From an uncultured Candidatus Saccharibacteria bacterium (GTDB lineage: Bacteria; Patescibacteriota; Minisyncoccia; Phycocordibacterales; UBA918), in assembly GCA_964353135.1 (NCBI GenBank), contig CAYGTV010000001.1, positions 87,138 through 151,137 of the forward strand: a DNA stretch of 64,000 nt. Reading direction: 5' to 3'. How positions within the stretch are numbered: the stretch's first letter is position 1; every line of letters begins with the position of its first letter. A program made the translations under genes and the position numbers. The notes beneath the pieces are model-generated. The model was given only the letters and a program-made list of their open reading frames with translations. It had not been told where the DNA came from and did not search any database. Of this stretch, positions 50,370 to 58,597 are shown in pieces.

Positions 50370-52614
50370 CCACTTTCAGTTGTTTGATGAATTTCTCAGC
50401 AACACTATCAATGTATTGAAAAATTTCTGTAAATGAACTCGATTCAGTGTGCGGGTTCCCAAGAGTAACACCCAACACCCTAAAACGATCTCTTTTGTCT
50501 GTGAGAAGCCTTTTGACATCAAAAATGTCAAAAGTGTGAATACAGATTATACCGTCTTGGTAAATTTCATCATGAATCATCTTGTTCAAGTCACTAATCA
50601 CTTTTGATTTCTCAGTAGAGCCAAGATCAATTTTATGCGTTGACACTGAAAACACCACGCTGTTTAACTCAACTTCGTTAAGTGTGCAAAAATATTTCGA
50701 TGTCTCTACTGACTTGTGCCAGCTCTTTGCGAGCTCATAACGATAGTCGACTAACTCACCAATACCCTTAGTTCCTAAATGCTTTATGAAAAACCAAAGT
50801 TTTAGACTGTCGAATGGTCGACTTCCCATAAACGGGGTTATTTGACCAAGATCGAACGAATCTTTTTTTATTGTGATATCTGTTGATTTGCTGAATAGAT
50901 CTGTATTTTCTATATCCTTAAATAAAACTGCACTAGCAGAATACGGTATACACAGGCCCTTGTGTGGATCAATTGAGATTGAATCTGCTCTTTCTATGCC
51001 TTTTATGCGCTCTCTGTGATTGTTGGAAAATATAAGTACCCCGCCATGACATGCGTCCACGTGGAGCCAAACTCTTTTTGTCTCGCAGATATCAGCTATT
51101 TTGTTAAAGTCCTCTATGGTTGTTGTTCTCGAATCACCAGCTTGGCTAACAACAGCGACAACTTTAGAGGTGACTCCGTTATCATACTGATTAATTTTTT
51201 CAACCAAGTCATCACAATCGATTCTATAGTCTTCGGAATTATTTACGTACACTATGTTGTCCTCTCCCATACCAAGCCACCAAAATGACGCAATATGCGA
51301 GTAGTGATAGAAGGTCTCAGATGCGACAATCAATATCGGCTTCAACTTGCTAGCGTTCAGGCCACTTTTACGAGAATCAGGAAAACTTTTGCACCTAGCT
51401 GCTAACAAAGCTGTTGCATTAGCTAGAGTACCGCCGGTCGTCATGATACCTCCAGCTTCTTGAGCTCTTTTTGGGAAACCACTTTTTACATCGTAGCCAA
51501 TGAGTTCCCGCAACCACTTTATAACTTGAATTTCTGCGAAGGTTGCCGAGGGACCACTTTTAGTTGTTGCAATTAAATTTTGATTAGTAAAATTTTCTAG
51601 TATTGAGGCAGATAGTGCTGCGATTGAATTCCCGGCATCTGGGAAAGCAAGATAGTTTGGATGAGCTTGGTGTATAGATGAACTGTAAATTTTATTGGTG
51701 TATTCTTTAAGAATTATACCCATTTCCTTACCTAATTCAGGAGCTGGTTCGTCAAAACCTCCGATCAACTCCTCCTCGGTTTTGTAATCGATTACTTTTT
51801 CTGGGTTTACAATAAACTCTACACCCATCTCAAGAGCTCTATAAAGAGCTTCAGTGCTTGATTGTGTAGTAGTTTTTCCTAAAAATTTATTTTTTATGTC
51901 AAAGATGCGCTTTGAGGTCAGTTCAGGCAGCTCCAAAAACGCCTTTGTTCTATCAATAAAAAGCCAATTTTCTTCAACAGATAAAATTCTTTTTGAAACT
52001 AGTTGATTGGTTACAGTGCCGAAAATATTTTCGATATAATTACTAGTTTCTTTTGAGTTTACAAATCCTAGCGACTCTTTGCCGCTGTTTAGAAGTAGGT
52101 TTATAATTTTTTCTTTTGTAAATTGATCGCTATTAGTAGACAAAAGTAGAAGAAGAACTACCGTTGAGAAAGCTTGAACTCGATCGAGTTCAAATTCCTT
52201 CATATCTCCAATTAACATCTGATTTGGTCCGGCCAATGCGCACAACCATTGTCTGTATTGATTAAAGCCCGACCAATCTAATGGACCTATTTGATCTACG
52301 ATTACCGAATCGTCCGTCTTTATATGGCCATATCCTCGTATAGATTTCTGCAACTCAAGCCAAGAAATGTATTCTCCTGCATATTGGAGATCTGGTACTA
52401 GCCCGTTTTCGTTATGATACTTCACAAACCACTTTTTAAATGAAGTCACTTCCTGCAGCGGTGCACTTTTGTGAAAAACACACATTAAATCAATATCGCT
52501 ATCCTTTCGCTGTTCTTTTCTTGCTCTCGAGCCAAATACTAGACAGTATTTTAAACTATCAGAAAAATGTTTCTCTGCTGCAACCTTTAAATCGTTTAAA
52601 ATTTTATCTGTCAT
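50359..52614 (-). CDS. Nucleotidyltransferase (Pol-beta) domain fused to group II PLP-dependent decarboxylase
   Basis: N-terminal VFGSRAR..DSDIDL; C-terminal TTGGTLAN, HYSH, WLHVDACHGG and SISIDPHKG. Confidence 0.85.
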   Translation of the reverse strand: MTDKILNDLKVAAEKHFSDSLKYCLVFGSRARKEQRKDSDIDLMCVFHKSAPLQEVTSFKKWFVKYHNENGLVPDLQYAGEYISWLELQKSIRGYGHIKTDDSVIVDQIGPLDWSGFNQYRQWLCALAGPNQMLIGDMKEFELDRVQAFSTVVLLLLLSTNSDQFTKEKIINLLLNSGKESLGFVNSKETSNYIENIFGTVTNQLVSKRILSVEENWLFIDRTKAFLELPELTSKRIFDIKNKFLGKTTTQSSTEALYRALEMGVEFIVNPEKVIDYKTEEELIGGFDEPAPELGKEMGIILKEYTNKIYSSSIHQAHPNYLAFPDAGNSIAALSASILENFTNQNLIATTKSGPSATFAEIQVIKWLRELIGYDVKSGFPKRAQEAGGIMTTGGTLANATALLAARCKSFPDSRKSGLNASKLKPILIVASETFYHYSHIASFWWLGMGEDNIVYVNNSEDYRIDCDDLVEKINQYDNGVTSKVVAVVSQAGDSRTTTIEDFNKIADICETKRVWLHVDACHGGVLIFSNNHRERIKGIERADSISIDPHKGLCIPYSASAVLFKDIENTDLFSKSTDITIKKDSFDLGQITPFMGSRPFDSLKLWFFIKHLGTKGIGELVDYRYELAKSWHKSVETSKYFCTLNEVELNSVVFSVSTHKIDLGSTEKSKVISDLNKMIHDEIYQDGIICIHTFDIFDVKRLLTDKRDRFRVLGVTLGNPHTESSSFTEIFQYIDSVAEKFIKQLKVATE

Positions 52615-52616
52615 AT

Positions 52617-53447
52617 TTAACGAGTTAAAATATACTGATCCTGTGAGCTGAGATTCAGGTCATGAATCACTGAAAAATCTGTTTTAGTAAAACCGTCATA
52701 AGAATGCGCATCTGAACCGAAGACGAACTTACCGCCATATTTTAAGTATTCAATAAGAAAAGCCTGGTCGTTCGTTTTTAGCTGGCCAGTCTCGTACATA
52801 TTGTATTTCCACTGGTCATAAGAAGGATATTTTTTTCCATTGATTTCAAAATAAATATTATGGCCTGACTCCCATTCCGACTTAAATAAGTTAAGGATGT
52901 AGTGGATCTCCTCAGTGTTAAAGTTTTCAGAGAAATGTCCATGGATGGCTTGAAAGGGGTGTGCAAAAATATCAATACTTTTATTTTGGATAAGTGCCTT
53001 AATATTTTCCATCAAAAAACTTCGCTTTGATGCATTGTCATTATTGGTCCTTGAATACTCCTCTTGAAAACTTTCTGAATGAATTGCTCCAAGTAATATA
53101 TCGACACCAAATTTATCACTTTCTTTTCCGGTGATGCCTTGGGCTAATCTGAGAGATCCATCAATATTCACTTCAACTTCTAGTCCTGAGAATATATCAA
53201 TTTTATTTTTGTATCTATCTCTAAGACTGTTAATTTGGTTGAGATACTCTGAAAAAACCTCGTCGTCATCAAAAAAGACAGATTCTGTTCCGTCGGCGTT
53301 AAACCAGCCGCATGCATGATCTGTGATTATTATTGACTTAATTCTTAGCTGAATGGCTTGGGTGACCATTTCCTCTAGAGAGTTTTTACCGTCAGAAAAT
53401 TTACTATGTATCTGAACATCCTGCCTCTTTAGAAAGTCGTTTAACAT
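52617..53447 (-). CDS. PHP-domain phosphoesterase
   Basis: QIHSKFSDG, ITDH, GLEV, AHP and GSDAH. Confidence 0.88.
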   Translation of the reverse strand: MLNDFLKRQDVQIHSKFSDGKNSLEEMVTQAIQLRIKSIIITDHACGWFNADGTESVFFDDDEVFSEYLNQINSLRDRYKNKIDIFSGLEVEVNIDGSLRLAQGITGKESDKFGVDILLGAIHSESFQEEYSRTNNDNASKRSFLMENIKALIQNKSIDIFAHPFQAIHGHFSENFNTEEIHYILNLFKSEWESGHNIYFEINGKKYPSYDQWKYNMYETGQLKTNDQAFLIEYLKYGGKFVFGSDAHSYDGFTKTDFSVIHDLNLSSQDQYILTR

Positions 53448-53523
53448 ATAGATAATTTACCTTAATACAGTATTTAAACAAGAAACTTCAGCAAGTAGTT
53501 CTGAAATAGACTCCCAGTTTAAT

Positions 53524-53638
53524 GTTCGAAACTCATCCAGCTGAGAGAGCGAGCAGAAAAACCCTTATTTATAAGGGTTTTTCTTATGCTCGCGACGACG
53601 GAAGAACAATCTGGGAGATTGTTCTGTCAGGATTCGAA
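53524..53638 (+). repeat. tRNA-3'-like spacer with hairpins and inverted tRNA-end half
   Basis: GTTCGAA-ACTCA-TCCA-GCTGAG-AGAGC; GAAAAACCCTTAT/ATAAGGGTTTTTC hairpin; TGCTC...GGATTCGAA. Confidence 0.7.
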
Positions 53639-53705
53639 AAGCTTTTGAGGTAGATTCGACCAGAGGAAGAATATATCCAAAAGGTATACTGGTCATGTAA
53701 TGACC

Positions 53706-53800
53706 GAAATTCCTGCCGTCGGAGCAGACAAAAATACTCTTGTTTTGCAGGGGTATTTTTAGTTTAGATTCATACCCCGAAGACGACGGTTCGAACTTTT
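53706..53800 (+). repeat. tRNA 3'-end copy plus hairpin plus GTTCGAAC core
   Basis: TCCTGCCGTCGGAGCA; AAAATACTCTTG/CAGGGGTATTTT; TACCC...GTTCGAACTTTT. Confidence 0.8.
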
Positions 53801-53816
53801 GGTATGATTAGAATAT

Positions 53817-54353
53817 ATGAAAAAAGTCGTCGTCGGATCTAACAACCCTGTAAAACTCAAAACAACAAAAGAAGCATTTACTTTACGATTTCCAGAGGAA
53901 ACTTTTGAATACATTACTTTTTCCGCGCCATCAGGTGTCTCAGATCAACCCATGAGTTCAGAGGAAACTAAGAAAGGCGCTTTAAATCGTGCTTTGGCTT
54001 GCAAGCAGGAATATCCAGACGCTGATTATTATATTGGACTAGAGGGCGGTATTGAAGCGATAGAGGGGCAGTATTGGGTATCTGCTTGGATGTGTATAGT
54101 CGATGGAAACAAAAAACAAGGATTTGGAAGAACTAGTGCCTTTTTACTTCCTAGTCGGGTGTGTAAATTGATTGATCAAGGTGAAGAACTTGGTACCGCC
54201 ACTGACATTGCTTTTAATGAAGTTAATTCAAAACATAAAGGAGGTGCTGTAAGCGCTTTAACAGATGAACTTGTGACCCGAAAAGATTTTTATAGAGATG
54301 CTATTATTTTTGCCCTCATACCTTTCTGTAAAACAGAGTTATATAGCCAGTGA
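53817..54353 (+). CDS. yjjX: Inosine/xanthosine triphosphatase
   Basis: GSNNPVK, SGVSDQP..EET..GA.NRA, GLEGG and GEELG. Confidence 0.92.
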   Translation: MKKVVVGSNNPVKLKTTKEAFTLRFPEETFEYITFSAPSGVSDQPMSSEETKKGALNRALACKQEYPDADYYIGLEGGIEAIEGQYWVSAWMCIVDGNKKQGFGRTSAFLLPSRVCKLIDQGEELGTATDIAFNEVNSKHKGGAVSALTDELVTRKDFYRDAIIFALIPFCKTELYSQ

Positions 54354-54372
54354 GTCGTTTTTCTATACAAAA

Positions 54373-54470
54373 GTTCGAACATCCTCCACCCAGCGGAGCA
54401 GTTAAAAATAACCTTATTTTATAGGGTTATTTTTTATTTAAATCTATACCCTTGAGGGCAATGTTCGAAC
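54373..54470 (+). repeat. Spacer element, 28-bp identical repeat copy 1
   Basis: GTTCGAACATCCTCCACCCAGCGGAGCA, then AT-rich hairpin, then TACCC...GTTCGAAC. Confidence 0.9.
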
Positions 54471-54620
54471 TTCTAGTACGCGTGCCACAGATATGATGGT
54501 GAATTAATACCATATTCATTGAAAAAGAAATAAATCTGTGTCATTGTGCAGTCAGACAATCCTGTCTAAAACTGGCGGAATGCTAGTTCTTTCACATCTT
54601 ACGGAATGTAGGAGATACCA

Positions 54621-55619
54621 ATGAAACCGACGGCACAGAAGAACCAAAAACTTATTGCTCAATATCCATTTCTTAAAGAAATGATTACAGCACCATTCGA
54701 ACCCATTTCACCCGGTGTTTTTGAAAAAGATACAGTCTCTGACCTGACTATCAAATTCGAACGGGCGGATGCTCATCTGATGTACCGACATGGCAAAAAT
54801 ACAGGACTAGAGAGCCGTAATGGTTCATGCAGCTGGTCTATGCCGATGGAAGGTCCTCGCAAGGGTCAGGCTGGTAAACGTGGACATCTATTGTTCGCCG
54901 TCGACCACTCCGGTAAAGTCATCAACGAGCTTGATTGGCAGGAAGAAAAGCCGAAAGAACCTATCTTTGGCTATCATGCGCTTTGGGGCAAGAAGCTTGG
55001 ACCAGACCATTTCACTGAATGTCTTTATGACCAAGTGAAGTATCTTGTTTGGGTAACTGTTGAAGCTTGGCACGAGTTCATCAAAGGTTTTGAGGATACG
55101 CCATTTGGCGACTTCATTGACCGTACGATGACTGTAACCATCTACTCAGCCCCAGAGCAAGGGTTCAGCAAACTGAGTGACGAAGCGAACGTCTACGACC
55201 ATCTATGGCTGGATGATGACGTCATGATGCGTGGCTCAATGCGTAATGACCATGACATCTTGCGTATCAATGGAATGTTGACCGAGCTTTGTCACCAATT
55301 CAAGACCGACGTATACGACAATGGCATGCGAGACGTGGCAGACTCTCATCCGAAGCATCGTATTGCCGCTAGCGGTCAGTTTGGCCCTGTCGAGGTGCTG
55401 GTTGCTGAAATGTGTGGCTATGAACGTATCCAACTGGATACCGACACGTGTCGTATCACATTTCAAATTAGACCTGACGCAACTAAAGCATACGTTCTTG
55501 CTATGCAAGGTCGTTTGCCACAGCTACGTGAAATAGTTCGAACAGTCATTGAATATTGGAACTACCGCGAAGGTGGTCGTTCTGACTTTTCCTACAATCA
55601 AGAAGTTTGCGTAGGATAA
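54621..55619 (+). CDS. Hypothetical protein (orphan)
   Basis: 332-aa ORF, AGGAG SD, GC-rich terminator at 55636-55675. Confidence 0.75.
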   Translation: MKPTAQKNQKLIAQYPFLKEMITAPFEPISPGVFEKDTVSDLTIKFERADAHLMYRHGKNTGLESRNGSCSWSMPMEGPRKGQAGKRGHLLFAVDHSGKVINELDWQEEKPKEPIFGYHALWGKKLGPDHFTECLYDQVKYLVWVTVEAWHEFIKGFEDTPFGDFIDRTMTVTIYSAPEQGFSKLSDEANVYDHLWLDDDVMMRGSMRNDHDILRINGMLTELCHQFKTDVYDNGMRDVADSHPKHRIAASGQFGPVEVLVAEMCGYERIQLDTDTCRITFQIRPDATKAYVLAMQGRLPQLREIVRTVIEYWNYREGGRSDFSYNQEVCVG

Positions 55620-55683
55620 TTAGTTCACTTTAAGTAGCCGCCTTCCCTAATTTGGGTGGGCGGCTTTTTCTTTTTCATAAAAA

Positions 55684-55770
55684 GTTCGAACATCCTCCAC
55701 CCAGCGGAGCAAAGAAAATACCCTTGTTTTTCAGGGGTATTTTTTGTTACCCTCGGATAGGATTCGAACC
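55684..55770 (+). repeat. Spacer element, 28-bp identical repeat copy 2
   Basis: Same 28-mer, then AAAATACCCTTG/CAGGGGTATTTT, then TACCCTCGGATAGGATTCGAACC. Confidence 0.9.
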
Positions 55771-55818
55771 GGGTAGATATTTACATAGTAGTAAGTATAG
55801 GTATACTGCACTTATTGG

Positions 55819-55951
55819 TCCTACCTGTAGGAAAAAGACAGTCTGTCATAATCGCTGTTGGGGATGCTTGAGAAAGCAAACTGACGGACTGTTTCAATGC
55901 TGGCAACCGAAACATTATAATCGAGTTTTGGTTAGTTTGGTCTCCAACAGC
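55819..55951 (+). ncRNA. Candidate pseudoknotted structured leader RNA
   Basis: 13-bp and 11-bp crossing helices, GAGA-tetraloop hairpin and 9-bp hairpin; mismatches are G-U on the + strand. Confidence 0.5.
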
Positions 55952-55975
55952 TGCTCATGTATAAGGAGATGTGCG

Positions 55976-56293
55976 ATGCCGCTAAATAAAGCTGGACGCA
56001 AAATCCTTAAGCGTCTTCGCCAAAAACACACAGGCAGGGGTTCGCGATTGCGTGCCGGAAGATATCAGTACCTTCTTTGTCCTTTTCATTATGAAGGAAC
56101 TGCATCTTGGTGCATAGACCTAAAAACAGGTCGGCACTATTGCTTTGGGTGTCACCAGCGTGGTGATATCTGGAATCTTGCAACGAACCAACCGGAGTTG
56201 TTAGGTCAACCCAAACCAAGAGATAGAAGAGAAGTACTGCCGCCACTTCCAATGGTTGATGGATTGCCTCACGATGATGATGTTCCTTTTTGA
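55976..56293 (+). CDS. Stand-alone CHC2 (primase-type) zinc-finger protein
   Basis: LCPFH.E.TAS..I......YCFGC...GD; AAGGAG SD before MPLNK; ends DDDVPF. Confidence 0.8.
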   Translation: MPLNKAGRKILKRLRQKHTGRGSRLRAGRYQYLLCPFHYEGTASWCIDLKTGRHYCFGCHQRGDIWNLATNQPELLGQPKPRDRREVLPPLPMVDGLPHDDDVPF

Positions 56294-56359
56294 GAGGTTT
56301 AAAACGTTGTTTCCGCCCAGCTTTGTTGGGCGGCTTTCTTTCATTTGGATACTGAAAAG

Positions 56360-56464
56360 GTTCGAACATCCTCCACCCAGCGGAGCAGTAAAAATCCTTG
56401 AAAGGGGATTTTTCTTTTGCTCTGACGGAGAAAGTGACAGGAGTCACTTTCGTTGGGATTCGAA
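56360..56464 (+). repeat. Spacer element, 28-bp identical repeat copy 3
   Basis: Same 28-mer, then AAAAATCC/GGATTTTT hairpin, then TGCTCTGACG-[hairpin]-GGGATTCGAA. Confidence 0.9.
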
Positions 56465-56494
56465 ATCTTCCAAAGCCTTTGATATACTAAAATT

Positions 56495-56917
56495 ATGAAT
56501 AGATATGTCTTATATTTTGTTTTGTTTGCAATTGCCGTGACAATTGTCGCAGCGTTACTTTCTACTGATAATGAAGAGCCCGAAGTGGAATCAGTACAAG
56601 AAAGCACACCTGCTTTAGGTGAAGATTTTGCTAATAACATTGCCGAATCTGGTCGAGAACTACGGATTACCTATGAACACACGAAGCCAGGTGAATATAG
56701 TGAAATCTTCGTTGCTTTTACTGCTGCACAGCCTGGTGAAGATGTACAAGTTACCTTGCTAGGACCGGATACTGAACCTAATGTACGAACAGTTACCGCA
56801 GATGAAAATGGTAATGTCTACGAAGTATTCACTATTTATCAATTTGGACAATATAACTTTGAAGTTATTCCTGCCGTTAGTGGTTCACGCTTTAGCTCCT
56901 CGATTATTGTTGAGTAG
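56495..56917 (+). CDS. Membrane-anchored Ig-like hypothetical protein
   Basis: N-terminal TM, beta-rich C-terminus (TADENG motif). Confidence 0.7.
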   Translation: MNRYVLYFVLFAIAVTIVAALLSTDNEEPEVESVQESTPALGEDFANNIAESGRELRITYEHTKPGEYSEIFVAFTAAQPGEDVQVTLLGPDTEPNVRTVTADENGNVYEVFTIYQFGQYNFEVIPAVSGSRFSSSIIVE

Positions 56918-56921
56918 ATCT

Positions 56922-56978
56922 GAATTTCCCCCGCCCAGTGGAGCAAGACATAAAAACACCCGCCGGGTGTTTTTATGT
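56922..56978 (+). repeat. Degenerate spacer copy plus terminator hairpin
   Basis: TCCCCCGCCCAGTGGAGCA (cf. TCCTCCACCCAGCGGAGCA) then ACATAAAAACACCCG/CGGGTGTTTTTATGT. Confidence 0.7.
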
Positions 56979-57034
56979 GTGCAACTGTTTTGAGTCTTTG
57001 GTATACAGGCTACAATAAGGCTAAGGAGCACAGT

Positions 57035-57535
57035 ATGCAATTTAGCAAAAAAGACGTGGTTTTATACGGGGTATTAATGACGCTGGTTTTAGGTGTCTGC
57101 ACGATGGCAGTTCACGCCAGAATACAGCCTCCGGTCGCGACCCCGCTAGCTCTCTCAAACGCCAGATTGTCTAGTGATCCACTCGCGCAAACGCAACAAA
57201 TTAAAGCGGAAATTACCAAAGTATTTGCGCCCCTTGAGCCGGCCATACCAGGAGTAGTTGAAGCGATGATTCGGATTGCTGATTGTGAATCATATGGTGG
57301 GCCAGATGGCATGTTGATGCACGTTGGACCCGATGGTGAGCTCGTTGAAAACCCACGCTCATCAGCGACGGGAGTATTCCAGGTGTTGCTGTACACCCAT
57401 CGGGATGATTACGAAGCTCTGGGACTCGACCCGCGCAGTGTGCTTGATAACATCAAATTTGCCCGCAAGCTGGTTGAGCGACGGCATATACAAGGTGTAG
57501 ATCCATACGCAGATTGGGAATGCTCACCTGACTAA
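57035..57535 (+). CDS. Lysozyme-like / lytic transglycosylase (SLT/Rpf-like) protein
   Basis: IADCES...NPRSSATGVFQ...N..FA...W.C; N-terminal TM. Confidence 0.75.
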   Translation: MQFSKKDVVLYGVLMTLVLGVCTMAVHARIQPPVATPLALSNARLSSDPLAQTQQIKAEITKVFAPLEPAIPGVVEAMIRIADCESYGGPDGMLMHVGPDGELVENPRSSATGVFQVLLYTHRDDYEALGLDPRSVLDNIKFARKLVERRHIQGVDPYADWECSPD

Positions 57536-57538
57536 AAT

Positions 57539-57578
57539 CACATAAAAACCTCCATCCGAACGGATGGAGGTTTTTATG
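57539..57578. terminator. Bidirectional intrinsic terminator
   Basis: ACATAAAAACCTCCATCCG/CGGATGGAGGTTTTTATGT. Confidence 0.8.
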
Positions 57579-57584
57579 TGGTGT

Positions 57585-58187
57585 CTACTTCTTGGTCACT
57601 TTCTTTACTACTTTCTTGGCGACTGGCTTTTTGACGGGTTTTTTCGCCACCACCTTTTTTGTTACTACTTTGCTAACGGTCTTTTTCACTGCAGCTTTTT
57701 TGGGTTTGGTAACCGATGCTTCCTTTTCTATGACCGGCACCTTTACAGACGGCACTGGTGGGTTGAGTAGATCGAGGATCTTGTTCAGCTTTACCTCTAG
57801 AGCACTTACTTGTTGTTTTAGCTCTAGGATGTTTTGGGCTGTCGGCCCTGCTGGTGAACTGGAGTACGCTGGTCCAGCATTGACTGGGCCATTTCCAAAT
57901 GGCTTTCGCTCCCGCTTTGAACCGTTACCTTCTGAGTTACGTAGTTCATTCCCGCTTTTCTTCATTCCAAAACAAGCGCTGCAGTACACTGGCTTATCTT
58001 GTGATGGTTTAAACGGAACATCACACTTTTTGCCACATTCACTACAAGTGGCCGAAAACATCTCTGACGAACTGCCGTCGTTTCGACTGTCTCGTCGTTG
58101 TCCGCCACTAAACTTATTGTCACCACCAAACTTCTTTTTCCCGCCAAACTTTTGTCCTCCTTTATATCCACCTTTAAAATTATTCAT
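57585..58187 (-). CDS. CxxC-x17-CxxC domain protein with Lys-rich tail
   Basis: MFSATCSECGKKCDVPFKP..DKPVYCSACF. Confidence 0.85.
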   Translation of the reverse strand: MNNFKGGYKGGQKFGGKKKFGGDNKFSGGQRRDSRNDGSSSEMFSATCSECGKKCDVPFKPSQDKPVYCSACFGMKKSGNELRNSEGNGSKRERKPFGNGPVNAGPAYSSSPAGPTAQNILELKQQVSALEVKLNKILDLLNPPVPSVKVPVIEKEASVTKPKKAAVKKTVSKVVTKKVVAKKPVKKPVAKKVVKKVTKK

Positions 58188-58305
58188 TAGGCCGAGTATG
58201 CGCTTGTTTAAGTCGTTTGGCAATGTATATGTATGACTAAAATTATAAATTGTAACTAGCCAGGTTCGAGCACTATCGCCAAGTAGTTTGCTATACTCTC
58301 ATTAT

Positions 58306-58470
58306 ATGGAATCTAAACGAACAATTTGGTTGTGTGCGGCAGTAGGTGGTTGGTTGGGAGGCTATGTCCCAATGTTCTTTGGTGCTGGTTATTTTTCTAT
58401 GTGGTCGATTGTCTGTAGTTCTATGGGTGCAATTGTAGGCATCTGGATAGCTTTTAAACTGACACACTAG
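58306..58470 (+). CDS. Small glycine-zipper membrane protein
   Basis: VGGWLGGYVP...GAIVGIW. Confidence 0.65.
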   Translation: MESKRTIWLCAAVGGWLGGYVPMFFGAGYFSMWSIVCSSMGAIVGIWIAFKLTH

Positions 58471-58479
58471 ACAAAATAA

Positions 58480-58507
58480 TTGACTTGTTGTGCAATTGGT
58501 GTATACT
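58480..58507 (+). promoter_or_regulatory. Promoter of csp
   Basis: TTGACT-16 nt-TATACT. Confidence 0.65.
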
Positions 58508-58597
58508 GCTGGTTCAAATCGATTGTATTAAGCAGAATATGTTTAGGGCAGTCTCAAAAAAAGGTTTGAGATTATTATTTTGTTTAAGAACAACACT

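Larger units (their letters stand above)
47513..53725. mobile_element. Island at tRNA-Asn bounded by a 15-bp direct repeat of the tRNA 3' end
   Basis: TCCTGCCGTCGGAGC at 47498-47512 and 53711-53725; visibly AT-richer cargo; no integrase inside. Confidence 0.7.

Noticed and set aside
55836-55951. Firm call as an HDV-like or hammerhead ribozyme
   Set aside because: The topology fits HDV but the catalytic C and P1.1 are not evident; CTGACGG does not match the hammerhead CUGANGA core.
55652-55975. N-terminal extension of the 213-aa ORF
   Set aside because: It runs through the terminator, repeat and structured leader; the SD supports a start at 55976.
54373-56387. Three identical 28-bp repeats as a CRISPR array
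   Set aside because: They are 1311 and 676 bp apart with whole genes between them, and there are no cas genes.
57592-58236. 214-aa plus-strand ORF and other long antisense ORFs (e.g. 28932-29450, 39720-40337, 40890-41486)
   Set aside because: Shadow frames of well-supported genes with no motifs of their own.
47513-58270. Prophage or classical integron
   Set aside because: No integrase, IntI or phage structural genes, and no canonical attC RYYYAAC/GTTRRRY ends were recognised.
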